64,000 nucleotides of DNA, taken from NCBI GenBank assembly GCA_965219415.1, contig CBDCNP010000002.1, positions 4,736,001 through 4,800,000 on the forward strand, given 5' to 3'. Below are positions 32,972-42,853 of this stretch, in pieces. Every line of letters starts with the position of its first letter. The stretch's first letter is position 1. This stretch comes from Candidatus Marinacidobacterales bacterium (lineage in GTDB: Bacteria > Acidobacteriota > Vicinamibacteria > Marinacidobacterales > DATDRI01). The notes beneath the pieces were generated by a model. That model was given only the letters and a program-made list of their open reading frames with translations, made no database searches and had not been told where the DNA came from. Position numbers and translations under genes: made by a program.

Positions 32972-34003
32972 ATGAAAGATACGACAATCGCTGTGGATCT
33001 TGCAAAGAACGTCTTCGAGATTGCCATCTCGGGAGAAGCGGGGAAGGTGTCCAAGCAACTCCGTGTGAGTCGACCCAAATTGGTGTCGTTCTTTGCCAAA
33101 CAGAGCGCTGCCACCGTGCTTCTCGAAGCCTGCGGCTCGGCTCACTTCTGGGCAAGGACGTTCCGAAGGTTGGGACACGACGTCGTCCTGCTCCCACCTC
33201 ACCTCGTGAGGCCGTATCGACGCGGGAGCAAGAACGACCGCGCCGACACGAAGGCGTTGCTCGAGGCCTACAGGAACGAGGAGCTTCTTCCCGTACCCAT
33301 CAAGTCCGTGCACCAGCACACCCTCGCTGCGCTCCATCGCCTGCGCTCAGGATGGCTCTCCACACGGACCGCACGCATCAATGCCGTACGCGGGCTCCTG
33401 CGCGAACTCGGATTCATCATCCCAAAGGGCGCTCACTTCGTCGTGCCCGCCCTCTTCGAACTCGTCGAAGACGCTGATTCTGATTTGCCCGACGTGCTCC
33501 GTTCGCATCTCCGTGATGCCTGCTCCGAGATTCGAGAACTCAAGGACAAGTGCGCTAGCATCGAGCACGAGCTCAAGGCGCTCACCAAGCAGCTTCCTGA
33601 AGTCCAACGACTTCTCGCCATTCCCGGCATCGGACTTCTGGCCGCGACCGCCATCGTGGGCTTCGTCGGCGATCTTCGCCGCTTCCCATCGGGGCGCCGC
33701 TTCTCGAGCTACCTCGGCCTAGTTCCCAAGGAAAACTCCAGTGGCGACATTCGCCGCCTCGGACGCATCACCAAGCGTGGCGACTCCTACCTCCGTATGC
33801 TCCTCACCCAGGGCGGGCGCGCCGTGCTCCGCGCGGCGAACGTCAGCAAGAGCCCGCCCGACAAGCTCCGCGCCTGGGCTCGGAAGGTCCACCGCTCGCG
33901 GGGACACAACAAGGCCGTGATTGCTGTCGCCAACAAACTCGCCCGGATCGTCTGGGCCGTCTCCACCCGCGAGAGTGAATTCCAGTCGCCGGTGGCCGCT
34001 TAG
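32972..34003 (+). CDS. IS110 DEDD recombinase
   Basis: AVDLAKNVF, LEACG, KNDRADT, LGLVP..SSG, AVANKLARIVWA; AGGAGG RBS. Confidence 0.95.
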   Translation: MKDTTIAVDLAKNVFEIAISGEAGKVSKQLRVSRPKLVSFFAKQSAATVLLEACGSAHFWARTFRRLGHDVVLLPPHLVRPYRRGSKNDRADTKALLEAYRNEELLPVPIKSVHQHTLAALHRLRSGWLSTRTARINAVRGLLRELGFIIPKGAHFVVPALFELVEDADSDLPDVLRSHLRDACSEIRELKDKCASIEHELKALTKQLPEVQRLLAIPGIGLLAATAIVGFVGDLRRFPSGRRFSSYLGLVPKENSSGDIRRLGRITKRGDSYLRMLLTQGGRAVLRAANVSKSPPDKLRAWARKVHRSRGHNKAVIAVANKLARIVWAVSTRESEFQSPVAA

Positions 34004-34049
34004 ATTTAGAGGCTCCACTTTCGTGTTTTCCTTTTTCCCTTCCAAAAGA

Positions 34050-34235
34050 GGCTGCGACGATACCCATCCAACTGATGGCGTACCGGTCGGACCGGCGCGG
34101 GGTCAAGCCAATAGCAACACTGGCCCTAAGAGGTCGTTCAAAGTGATTGGCTCCTCGCGCGCGGATTTTCCATCATGGCCCGGAGCACCCAAGACGCTCC
34201 TCACTGAGGCCGAAGATACGTTTGCAGTCTGACCC
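34050..34235 (+). ncRNA. Putative bridge/seekRNA
   Basis: Two stem-internal-loop units; loops contain TAGCAACACT (target match) and TTCCATCAT (donor match); boundaries approximate. Confidence 0.75.
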
Positions 34236-34501
34236 ACTCGTCACGACGCGATGGATGCGCAGCTTCGATGGAAGATTTATTAAGAAAGGGGCGTGACTAG
34301 AAAGAAAGGGGCTTGACTAGAGGAGTCCAGATATGTTGCTAGGCCGCTAGAAGCATTTGAATGCGACCGCGTCCAATAAGAACATCGGCGCGCCTACAAA
34401 GCGTGATCTCTTCGGGCGTCTCGGTCTTATGAGCCGTGAGGTCAAGCACTTGCTCGCGCTCGGCCGGCGGATCCGAGAAGTCGGACGCTTCGCTCAGTGT
34501 T

Positions 34502-35182
34502 TCAAGAGCCCTTGAGATGTTTGCCGAAGAAAACCTGCACTCGGTTCCAGGCGTCACCTGCCGCGCTCGCGTCGTAGACGTCACGCTCGTCGTTGAAGAA
34601 CGCGTGGTCGACACCAGGGTAAATGTGAAAGTCGAGCGTGACCCCAGCGGTCTTCAGATTTCTCTCAAGCTCTCGCACCACGTCGGGGTTCACGAAGCTG
34701 TCGTTCTCGGCGAAAAGGCCGAGAACCGGAGCCTTTATAGCTTCTAGAACAGGCTTTACATTAGGATGAATGCCGTAGAAGTCAACGCAAGCCCCAACGT
34801 TCTCGTTCTTGCTCGCCGCGTACAATGCCAGCTGACCACCCATACAAAAGCCGATAATGCCGAGCCGACCTCCCGAAGAACGGCTCCCAAGATAGTCACA
34901 CGCACCGCGGAGATCCTTCTCCGCCCGATCGATGTTCAACGCCATCATGAGCTTCCCCGCGTCGTCGGGCGACGTAGTCTCTTTTCCGTGGTACAGGTCC
35001 GGTGCGAGCGCCACATAGCCGGCTGCGGCGAAACGGTCGGCCACGTTCTTGATGTGACCGACGAGACCCCACCATTCCTGGATGACGATCACCCCTGGAC
35101 CACCGCCTTCGGGCTCGCTCAGATAACCTTGAGACGAACTGCCGTTGGCCACAAACTCGACGATGGTGCCTTTCTCGGACAT
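34502..35182 (-). CDS. Dienelactone hydrolase family
   Basis: VIQEWWGL, GFCMGG, HAFFND. Confidence 0.92.
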   Translation of the reverse strand: MSEKGTIVEFVANGSSSQGYLSEPEGGGPGVIVIQEWWGLVGHIKNVADRFAAAGYVALAPDLYHGKETTSPDDAGKLMMALNIDRAEKDLRGACDYLGSRSSGGRLGIIGFCMGGQLALYAASKNENVGACVDFYGIHPNVKPVLEAIKAPVLGLFAENDSFVNPDVVRELERNLKTAGVTLDFHIYPGVDHAFFNDERDVYDASAAGDAWNRVQVFFGKHLKGS

Positions 35183-35644
35183 GGATGCCCTTTCTCTGGA
35201 TGCCAGCGTGCGAGCTGCGATCCTACCGCCAACGGAGGATATTGCAAGCCGAATGAAGATCGTGTATTGGCGGGCGGACAACCATGAGAGCGAAGTCCCG
35301 CGAACTCGTCTTCGACGCGGTGGAAATGTCGCCGCCGGGCCCACGTTCATAAGACGCCGGTGGTGTCGTCGGGTCGACCTGCACGAGGCAGCCGATCATG
35401 GAAGGTTTAAACGGCGCGAGTAACGCCGGACCGATCTTTTGCGGAGCACAGGCATCCCTTCGTTCAATAACCGGTGCTTCCGCAATTAAGTGTTGGCGGC
35501 CAGCCCCTAACCGGTCTGCGCGCTAGAGTTTGAACCAGAATTCCGAAGACACAGTTCTCTCATCGTCAGGGCCGAGCCAAAGTGAAGAATCGCAGATGTC
35601 TCAATCCCGTCCTGTGCCAAAACTCGACCCTTTTGAAATAGACC

Positions 35645-35863
35645 GGTGCTCCCGCCATCAAGTGTTGCTACGCCGTGTTTGAATGCTAATGTCAGCTGGC
35701 CTGCCTGTGTCGGCGTGCACACGAAGGTGCCCCTGAACGTCAGGCACCGTGTGGTCAGCCCAGCCCGCATCGCCGAAAGAACTGCGTCTCTCGAAATCAG
35801 GCTCGAACTCTAGCACACGAGCGGGTTACGCGGCAGCCACCAACACTTGATTGCGGAAGCACC
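35645..35863. mobile_element. MITE 'E', deletion derivative of an IS1-family element; empty IS1111 target
   Basis: Both TIRs present; interior encodes AGLTTRCLTFR, like the C-terminus of the 38475-39542 transposase. Confidence 0.82.
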
Positions 35864-35912
35864 AGAAGGTCTTGCACAGTACGAGGACGGATCCGGCTGT
35901 GAAGCTGAGGAA

Positions 35913-38078
35913 CTAGCCAGGAGCCGGCTTGTCCCGCTTCTTCGTGGGCTCGAACCTTAAAGGGACGCGGCCAGTCCGAGCAGTGGTTTTCGGTTTTGTG
36001 GGTTGCCTGTTCTGGGGTCTTGCTCGTCGTTCGTGTAGCCGTCGGAGCACCGAGTAGAAGTCTTCCTGCATCCGGACCGACTTGTTGCCGGGGGTGCGTT
36101 GGTAGCGATTGTCAAGCGTCTGATCGAGGATGCGGACCTTGGTATTGTCCTCCCACTGAAGGTCTAGAAACGACTGCAGCTCGTTCTGAAGTGAGGTGTC
36201 GTAGATGGGGACACCCACCTCAACTCGCCCGTCCAAGTTTCGTGGCATCCAGTCCGCCGATGAAATGAAATACTTGGGTGCTCCGCCGTTACAGAAAACC
36301 ATGATACGGGAGTGCTCGAGGTATTTGTCTACGATACCCATTGCCTTGATCCCATCGGCTCGTTCCACCTCATCGGGTAGCATCGAGAACATTCCTCTTA
36401 CGTTCAGTCTCAGTTTCACCCCCGCATCGCACGCGTCGTAAAGAAGGCCGATGAGCTCGGGATCGGTAAGATTGTTGAGCTTCAAATCGATGAACGCTTG
36501 GCGACCTCGGCTGGCATTCTTGGCCTCATTTCGAATCAGCTTCGCCAACCGCGGGCGCACGTTGAAAGGAGAGACGATCAAATGCTTATAGGCATCAACC
36601 GGGTACTTGCTTTCGAAGAAATCGAAAATCGTACGAACCTCCCGCGTCAACCGGCTGTCAGCAGTCAGTAAGGCATGGTCGCTGTAGATCTTCGTCGTGT
36701 CCTCGTTGAAGTTTCCCGTTCCGACAACCGCACAGTAGAGCGTTTGGCGCTTCACTCTGCGCTCAATCAAGCATAGTTTCGAGTGGACCTTGAGCTCAGG
36801 GACGCCATGGATGACGCGAACGCCCTCGTCTTCGAGCCGGTTTGCTAGCTCGATGTTGGTCATTTCGTCGAAACGGGCCCTCAGCTCGATGACCGCCGTG
36901 ACATCCTTGCGGTTTTGCACCGCGTTGATGAGGGCGTTAACCACCGCAGAGTCTCTCGCGATCCGATAGAGGGTCGTCTTTATCGAGGTCACATACGGGT
37001 CGATGGCAGCTTCTCTGAGAAGCGCGACCACAGACTCGAAAGACTGATAGGGAAAGTGGAGAAGCACGTCTCGTTTGGCTACCGTAGTAAGGAAACTCCC
37101 CTGCGAACTCAAATGTCGGTTCGCGAGTGCAGAGCGAGGTTCGTCCCGTAACGAGCTCGACCCAACACGTGGGAACTTCATAAAGTCTTTGAAGTTGTGA
37201 TACTTCGCGCCCGGAATCAAAGTATCCTGCCTCGTCAAGCGGAGCTTGCTGGTCAGAAATTTCAGCAGCGGTGGCGATATGTCAGCATCATAGACGAAAC
37301 GGACCGGAGCGCCCTGCGTTCTTTGTTTCAAGCTCTTGGTGACTTTGCGGATGTAGCTCTCCGAGAGATCGCTTTCGATGTCAAGCTCCGCGTCTCGAGA
37401 GACTTTGATTGTGAATGCCTCCAACCGGTCGACGTTCAGGAGAGAAAAGATGTCGCCCAAACAGAATCGGATGACATCATCGACCAAAATGATGAAGTAA
37501 TCGCCGTTCGGAGACGGCAACTGCAAAAACCTTTCTGAACCGCTCTGGGGCACTTCGATGAGCGCATATTTGGCCTTGACCACGCGAGCTCTCTCGGGAA
37601 ACAAGATCGCCAAATAGATCGATTCGTCACGAAGCGTCGGGAACTTGTCCCGAGGGTGGAGCATAATGGGCATCAATTTGGAGCGTAGGTGGGTCTGGAA
37701 GTAGTCTCTGACGAACTCCCCTTGTTCGCTAGTCAATTGCTCGTTGTTGACAATAAAGATCCTCTCTTTGGCCAACTCCTTCAGAACCTGGTTATACGTC
37801 GCGTCGAAATCTCGATGCAGGGCCAGCGACGTCTCTTGGATCTCCTTCAGTACCTTCTTTGGGTCGTATCCCAAGATCCGTCTGGCTTTCTTCCTTAGCT
37901 GCGCGATACGTCTCAGAGTGGCCACCCGGACACGGAAGAACTCGTCAAGATTGGAGGAATAAATTCCCAAGAACTTGATGCGCTCCAGTACGGGAACGTT
38001 AGGGTCGGCGGCTTCTTGGAGGACCCGGGCATTGAAAGAGAGCCAACTCAGCTCCTTGGCCCGAAGATTCGTCTTCAT
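35913..38078 (-). CDS. ppk1: Polyphosphate kinase 1
   Basis: ELSWLSFNARVLQEA, LLHFPYQSF, KVHSKL, GTGNFNE, SSADWMPRNL. Confidence 0.96.
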   Translation of the reverse strand: MKTNLRAKELSWLSFNARVLQEAADPNVPVLERIKFLGIYSSNLDEFFRVRVATLRRIAQLRKKARRILGYDPKKVLKEIQETSLALHRDFDATYNQVLKELAKERIFIVNNEQLTSEQGEFVRDYFQTHLRSKLMPIMLHPRDKFPTLRDESIYLAILFPERARVVKAKYALIEVPQSGSERFLQLPSPNGDYFIILVDDVIRFCLGDIFSLLNVDRLEAFTIKVSRDAELDIESDLSESYIRKVTKSLKQRTQGAPVRFVYDADISPPLLKFLTSKLRLTRQDTLIPGAKYHNFKDFMKFPRVGSSSLRDEPRSALANRHLSSQGSFLTTVAKRDVLLHFPYQSFESVVALLREAAIDPYVTSIKTTLYRIARDSAVVNALINAVQNRKDVTAVIELRARFDEMTNIELANRLEDEGVRVIHGVPELKVHSKLCLIERRVKRQTLYCAVVGTGNFNEDTTKIYSDHALLTADSRLTREVRTIFDFFESKYPVDAYKHLIVSPFNVRPRLAKLIRNEAKNASRGRQAFIDLKLNNLTDPELIGLLYDACDAGVKLRLNVRGMFSMLPDEVERADGIKAMGIVDKYLEHSRIMVFCNGGAPKYFISSADWMPRNLDGRVEVGVPIYDTSLQNELQSFLDLQWEDNTKVRILDQTLDNRYQRTPGNKSVRMQEDFYSVLRRLHERRARPQNRQPTKPKTTARTGRVPLRFEPTKKRDKPAPG

Positions 38079-38108
38079 AAGAGAAAAGATCCTTTCAATG
38101 GCGAAAAG

Positions 38109-38421
38109 CCCGTCCTGTGCCAAAACTCGGCCCAGCCGGCATTGACGAAAGAACTGCGCCTCTCGAAATCAGGCAAAACTCTAGCACGCGAACAGGTTAC
38201 GCGGCGACCGCCAACACTTGACTGCGGAAGCACCCATCGGTGCATCGGTTGCGTGTCCTTCATCATCATTATTATCGGCACCCTGAGCATCAGCGGGGGA
38301 ACCGTCCGGCGCAGCGGGCTTCTGGTCAGGCTCCATCGTTGTCCTCCGCCGTGATTCGGCCACGGGTGCTCCGCGATAGGCGGGGCGGACACGAACTCTA
38401 TGCAGTCGGACGCGGATGCCC
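38109..38421. repeat. Chimeric repeat 'C'
   Basis: Reverse complement of 1362-1676. Confidence 0.8.
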
Positions 38422-38451
38422 CGCCGCCGATAGCGCCTTCTGAACTCTTCG

Positions 38452-39651
38452 GGCGCTTCCGCCATCAAGTGTTGCTACGCGGCTGCGGGCAGTGGTACAG
38501 GTGCGGAAGAGACCGAGTTGCGCGCCCCAGTGAGCAGGAAAACCTCGCTCCGCGACCACAAAGGAATCGTCGTCGCCAAGAAGATGTCTCGAAAGGTGAG
38601 CCGTCGCGTCGTCAGACCGGCCTGCATAGCCGGAGTTCGGATCTCACGTCCGAACTTCAGAGCTCCGTGCGGTCGGACGAAGTTGTAATAGCAACGGAAC
38701 AACTCCAGGTGCTCATCGAGCCTCTCCGTCGAGCGAGCGTGGGAAAGTGTTCGTCTCGAAAGGTATGCCGAGCTTTGCCGGATGGTCAGATTCAACCGCT
38801 CGATGAACGACGTGTTCAATGTCGAAGAGTCCTCGGAGTTATTGAGCGCGTCTTCGAATCGCCACGCGGCTCCGTGCAGCGCTCTGCGTTCGACCTTGAT
38901 GATACGATCGTTCCTGCGCGTCTTGAGGACCTGGCCGTAAAGACACGCTGGCTCGAAGAAGCGACGGATGATCTTCTGGTAGAATTCGAATCCATCCGTG
39001 ACGATCAAGGGAAGACGCTCGAAATTCATCCGCCTCGAAAGGTCGCGAAACAGAGCGTGAGTGTTCCGGTAGCTTCGCCTTCCCGTCACCGTCGATGGCC
39101 AGAGCCGAGACCAGACCTCGATCGTAACGAAGACCCAACTCGGTGTCTTCTTGTTGCCCGCGAACGTGCGAATCTCGTCGGCTTGAAGCTCTTCGGCAGC
39201 GAAGCCAGCGATCCTTCTGTGATTGAATCGACGACACACTTGGGCTGCCTTCTCGAGCCAGCGGGCGACGGTGTTCCAGGCAATCCCTTTGATCCGGGAA
39301 ATCGAGGAAATGCTGACACCCTCGACTCTGAGAGCGATGACCACATCGAAAGTAGCTCTTCGATGTTGGAGACGGTAGTAGGGCGTGCCTTTCGTCGAGG
39401 AGAACGTCTTTCCGCACTCGCCGCACCGGTATCGACGGCGTTTCCCGGACCTGGTTCGATAGAATCCGTGGCGAACGATGTTTCCGGAACTGACTTTGCC
39501 CCGCAACGGACATGCGAGATTGAGACATCTGCGATTCTTCACTTTGGCTCGGCTCTGACGATGAGAGAACTGTGTCTTCGGAATTCTGGTTCAAACTCTA
39601 GCACGCAGACCGGTTAGGGGCTGGCCGCCAACACTTAATTGCGGAAGCACC
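38452..39651 (-). mobile_element. IS1-family element, about 1.2 kb
   Basis: TIRs GG(T/C)GCTTCCGC(A/C)AT(T/C)AAGTGTTG. Confidence 0.85.
38475..39542 (-). CDS. IS1-family transposase (Zn ribbon, HTH, DDE)
   Basis: RYRCGECGKTF, LQADE, IVTDG, TSFIERLNLTIR, YNFVRPH. Confidence 0.88.
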   Translation of the reverse strand: MKNRRCLNLACPLRGKVSSGNIVRHGFYRTRSGKRRRYRCGECGKTFSSTKGTPYYRLQHRRATFDVVIALRVEGVSISSISRIKGIAWNTVARWLEKAAQVCRRFNHRRIAGFAAEELQADEIRTFAGNKKTPSWVFVTIEVWSRLWPSTVTGRRSYRNTHALFRDLSRRMNFERLPLIVTDGFEFYQKIIRRFFEPACLYGQVLKTRRNDRIIKVERRALHGAAWRFEDALNNSEDSSTLNTSFIERLNLTIRQSSAYLSRRTLSHARSTERLDEHLELFRCYYNFVRPHGALKFGREIRTPAMQAGLTTRRLTFRDIFLATTIPLWSRSEVFLLTGARNSVSSAPVPLPAAA

Positions 39652-40207
39652 CAGCAACTGCGTGAGGCGTTTCCCTACGACACCGCTCCGAAATATCTCA
39701 TCTTCGATCGCGACTTCATCTTTAGCGCTGCGGTCATCGAGTTCATCAAAGCAACGGGCACAAAACCCGTTCGCACTTCGTTTCGCAGCCCATGGCAAAA
39801 CGGAACTGCGGAGCGGTGGGTCGGCAGCTGCCGTCGCGAGCTCCTTGAGCACGTCGTGGTTCTCGGCGCATGTCATCTCATCCGGCTCGTGCGAGCTTAC
39901 ATCAGCTACTATCACGAGGACCGTTGCCACTTGGGGCTGAACAAGGACACACCGAGCTTGAGAGCAGTCACGCACCGACCGTCTCCTACGGCGAAAGTCG
40001 TCGCACTGCCGCGAGTCGGTGGATTGCACCATCGTATACGAGTGGCGAGAGGCAGCCTGAGTCAGCTTGGTCGCTCGCGTTACTCGGCTGGTCGCCGAGA
40101 AGTTCGTCCTCAGCACCTTTCCTCGCGCGCTGACCACGCTCTCCAGCATGTGCTCGAGGGCAGTCCGGGCCTAGAGTCCAGTCCCGGACAAATAATGATG
40201 ATGGACA
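39652..40207 (+). mobile_element. 3' half of the IS481-like element with D-type right end
   Basis: Matches about 59382-59929. Confidence 0.85.
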
Positions 40208-40481
40208 AGGAATTGCACATGGTACGTCATGATGGATCCGAAGATAACACCCTCGGGCCAGACGATTGTAAAGCCCACAGCCCTTGGCACCATCGCAAAA
40301 CACAGACGCTAAGCTGCTGATTTATCGGCTATTTCAAGAGGGCCGAGTTTTGGCACAGGACGGGGTGCCGAGTGTGCAATTGTCGTCCGCCACAAATGTG
40401 CAATTTACAGCCGCCGCTAACAGCTCATTGCGAAGCTCGTCGATGCCTGGTCGTGAAGACATCCATCCTCCTGCGAACCTC

Positions 40482-41072
40482 TCACTGGGAACAATGGTCG
40501 AGAATCTGCTTCTTGAGCCCCGAACAGCAAGTTTCGGAACTGAAATAGGAAGCCCACAGGATGTCGGCAAACCCCTTGCCCGGCATCGTGGCTCCCTGCT
40601 GCTCTCGGTTCTGCATTAGCGCCGTACCCACGCCGGGAACGTAGGTCAACTCCATGCTGTTCCCCTTCTCCAGGTCCTTTTCAAAATAGCCTAGGAAGGT
40701 ATCGATCTGAGATCGGATACCGGGGGAGCCGCCGGGCGGCAAGTTCTTATCGAGAGCATCTTCGAGCGCGTCGGCCATATTCTTCGCGTCGACGTCGCGG
40801 AGCAGATCGATACGGAGGGATTTTGCCCCATCCATCGAGATCAGCATCTGCGGATCGCAGGTGCGGTTCTCGGCATACGCGCCCATCGTGTAGACGTCAA
40901 GCCACCACCGCTCACGAAGTCCGGCACCGATCAACATGAGAGTCCGGACACCTACCTCTGCCGTGTCCGCGTATGTGTTTCCCTTTACCGTCTGGGTTTT
41001 CGCCGATAGGGGCACTATCGACGACGCCATCAGCACGATGGCGCCCAGCTGCGTCACGGTTCGATTGCTCAT
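40482..41072 (-). CDS. Chalcone-isomerase-like secreted protein
   Basis: Signal peptide; LIGAGLRERWWLDVYTMGAY; YVPGVGT. Confidence 0.8.
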   Translation of the reverse strand: MSNRTVTQLGAIVLMASSIVPLSAKTQTVKGNTYADTAEVGVRTLMLIGAGLRERWWLDVYTMGAYAENRTCDPQMLISMDGAKSLRIDLLRDVDAKNMADALEDALDKNLPPGGSPGIRSQIDTFLGYFEKDLEKGNSMELTYVPGVGTALMQNREQQGATMPGKGFADILWASYFSSETCCSGLKKQILDHCSQ

Positions 41073-41149
41073 GGTCTTTTCCTCCGAGGCTTAGTCAACC
41101 TGTCACACCTCGCTCAAAACCACCAGTCGTCGTTGTCGGCGACTCCCCT

Positions 41150-42139
41150 CTAGGGTTCGTCGGTCGGCGCCGACGTGTTGATGTCTGGGTAGAGCCACGA
41201 GTGTTCGAGTCCGGCGTGTCGCTTCCCGTATCGTTCCGGTATGTTCTGTGTCCAGTTGCTGGGCAACGTCAGACAGCACACCAGTAAAACAACGAGTACG
41301 ATTCTCTGTAACACGAATGGCGCTTTTTCAGGCGGGGCTTCCACCTCCAGTGCCTCTCTGACACCACTTCGCAGCCGACCCAGACGCCGAATGCGCGATC
41401 GGATCAAAAAAACGACACCGATCGACACCATGATGAGGTTCAGGGTCTGCCCGGTCCCGAGAGCCAGACGGTGAGTCGGATAGTCGCGAAACAGATCAAT
41501 GAATACACGCAAGAACGCATACCAGAAGACGAAACGAGCTGCGGTTGCCCCCGGCGTTGGGTTCATCTTTCGAACACGGAGGAGGAAAGGCACCAGCAGA
41601 AGATTCTTGATGCCGTCATAGAGAACCACCGGATGCCGGATTCCAACTGCGTCGGGAAACCGCACGCCCCACGGCACATCGGTGAGAGCACCCACGATCT
41701 GGCCGTCGATGAAGTTCCCGATCCTTCCCATTCCCATCAGAAACGAACCGGGGATCACGACTGCATCGAACAGCGCGAGCAGGTCCTTTCGATAGAGCAA
41801 GGCGAAGGAGGTGACAGCTACAGTCGCTCCGAGAAGGACCCCGTGAGACGCCAGGCCCCCAAGCCAGTATGCCGGAATGAGGGTAGGGTGCGCGCTGTAG
41901 AAGGGCCACTCGTCGAATGCGACTTCGATGAGACGCGCCCCGACCAAAACGCCCACCACGATGAAAAGGGTGAGGGTGTATACGTCTCTGGAAGTGAGTC
42001 CGAGCCGAAGCCTGTGGCGGCGCAGAAACAGATGCAAATGCAGGAATCCCAGCGAATAGCTAAGCCCATACCACCAGAGATAGACGCCGCCCACTTCGGC
42101 AATGATCGGATCGACATTATGGACATACGGTCCGAACAT
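41150..42139 (-). CDS. lgt: Prolipoprotein diacylglyceryl transferase
   Basis: WYGL, GGLASHG, GRIGNFIDG, RHPVVLYD. Confidence 0.9.
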   Translation of the reverse strand: MFGPYVHNVDPIIAEVGGVYLWWYGLSYSLGFLHLHLFLRRHRLRLGLTSRDVYTLTLFIVVGVLVGARLIEVAFDEWPFYSAHPTLIPAYWLGGLASHGVLLGATVAVTSFALLYRKDLLALFDAVVIPGSFLMGMGRIGNFIDGQIVGALTDVPWGVRFPDAVGIRHPVVLYDGIKNLLLVPFLLRVRKMNPTPGATAARFVFWYAFLRVFIDLFRDYPTHRLALGTGQTLNLIMVSIGVVFLIRSRIRRLGRLRSGVREALEVEAPPEKAPFVLQRIVLVVLLVCCLTLPSNWTQNIPERYGKRHAGLEHSWLYPDINTSAPTDEP

Positions 42140-42150
42140 CTCTTAAGCTC

Positions 42151-42276
42151 CCCGTCCTGTGCCAAAACTCGGCCCAGCCGGCATCGACGAAAGAACTGCG
42201 CCTCTCGAAATCAGGCGAAACTCTAGCACACGAACAGGTTACGCGGCGGCCACCAACACGTGACTGCGGAAGCACC
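42151..42276. repeat. Partial chimeric repeat 'C' (IS1 end + B end)
   Basis: Matches 38109-38234. Confidence 0.8.
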
Positions 42277-42853
42277 TCTTGTGGCTGGTGCCGGCTTCGG
42301 TCCTCGATCATGCGCTGTTGCAACGCGTCTCAGCGACACGGCCACGAGCGTGCGCGCCCTGCTTATTAGGGAAAATCGACCCAACCCCGTCCTGTCCAAA
42401 AACACAAACGAGCTCAATACCGGCGCGCCTAGCCGTTTCGAATGAGAGGTGTCAGTTCGAGGTTTGGCCAATTCGAATTCCCGCTTTTGGCCTTCTCCCC
42501 AGGCGCGGTCTAGGCGTAGGGCGTCCTTCTCATTGGCTGGGCGATTGGGTGGAAAAACGGCCCGATCAGCCCAGAAATGGCTGTCCCTTCCATAACCTCG
42601 AGCTGCATGAGATTGGCGAACTGCTCGCAACCAGGATGCTTTGGCCGTCTTCATGTAGGACGTTTTGAGGGCTGGCATCGGCTCTACTCAGGGCTAGAGG
42701 TGGAACCTGGTGCGAAGTCCCGCGGCCGTTCCGAGTGAATCGCACTCAAGCCACGCGTCGAGCGTAATTAATGATAGAGACCTGTGATCCGCAAAAAAGA
42801 AGATCGGCCAGAAGCAGCAGACCCTACGCCGTGGGTCCATCCCCGAAACCCGA

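Larger units (their letters stand above)
32891..34335 (+). mobile_element. IS110 family, IS1111 group, copy 1
   Basis: Subterminal IRs TGGACTCCTC/GAGGAGTCCA; 3' NCR; inserted at a TG in an IS1-type TIR. Confidence 0.93.

Noticed and set aside
38400-39617. 405-aa and other long antisense ORFs over transposases
   Set aside because: Shadow frames of GC-rich IS genes with no recognisable motifs
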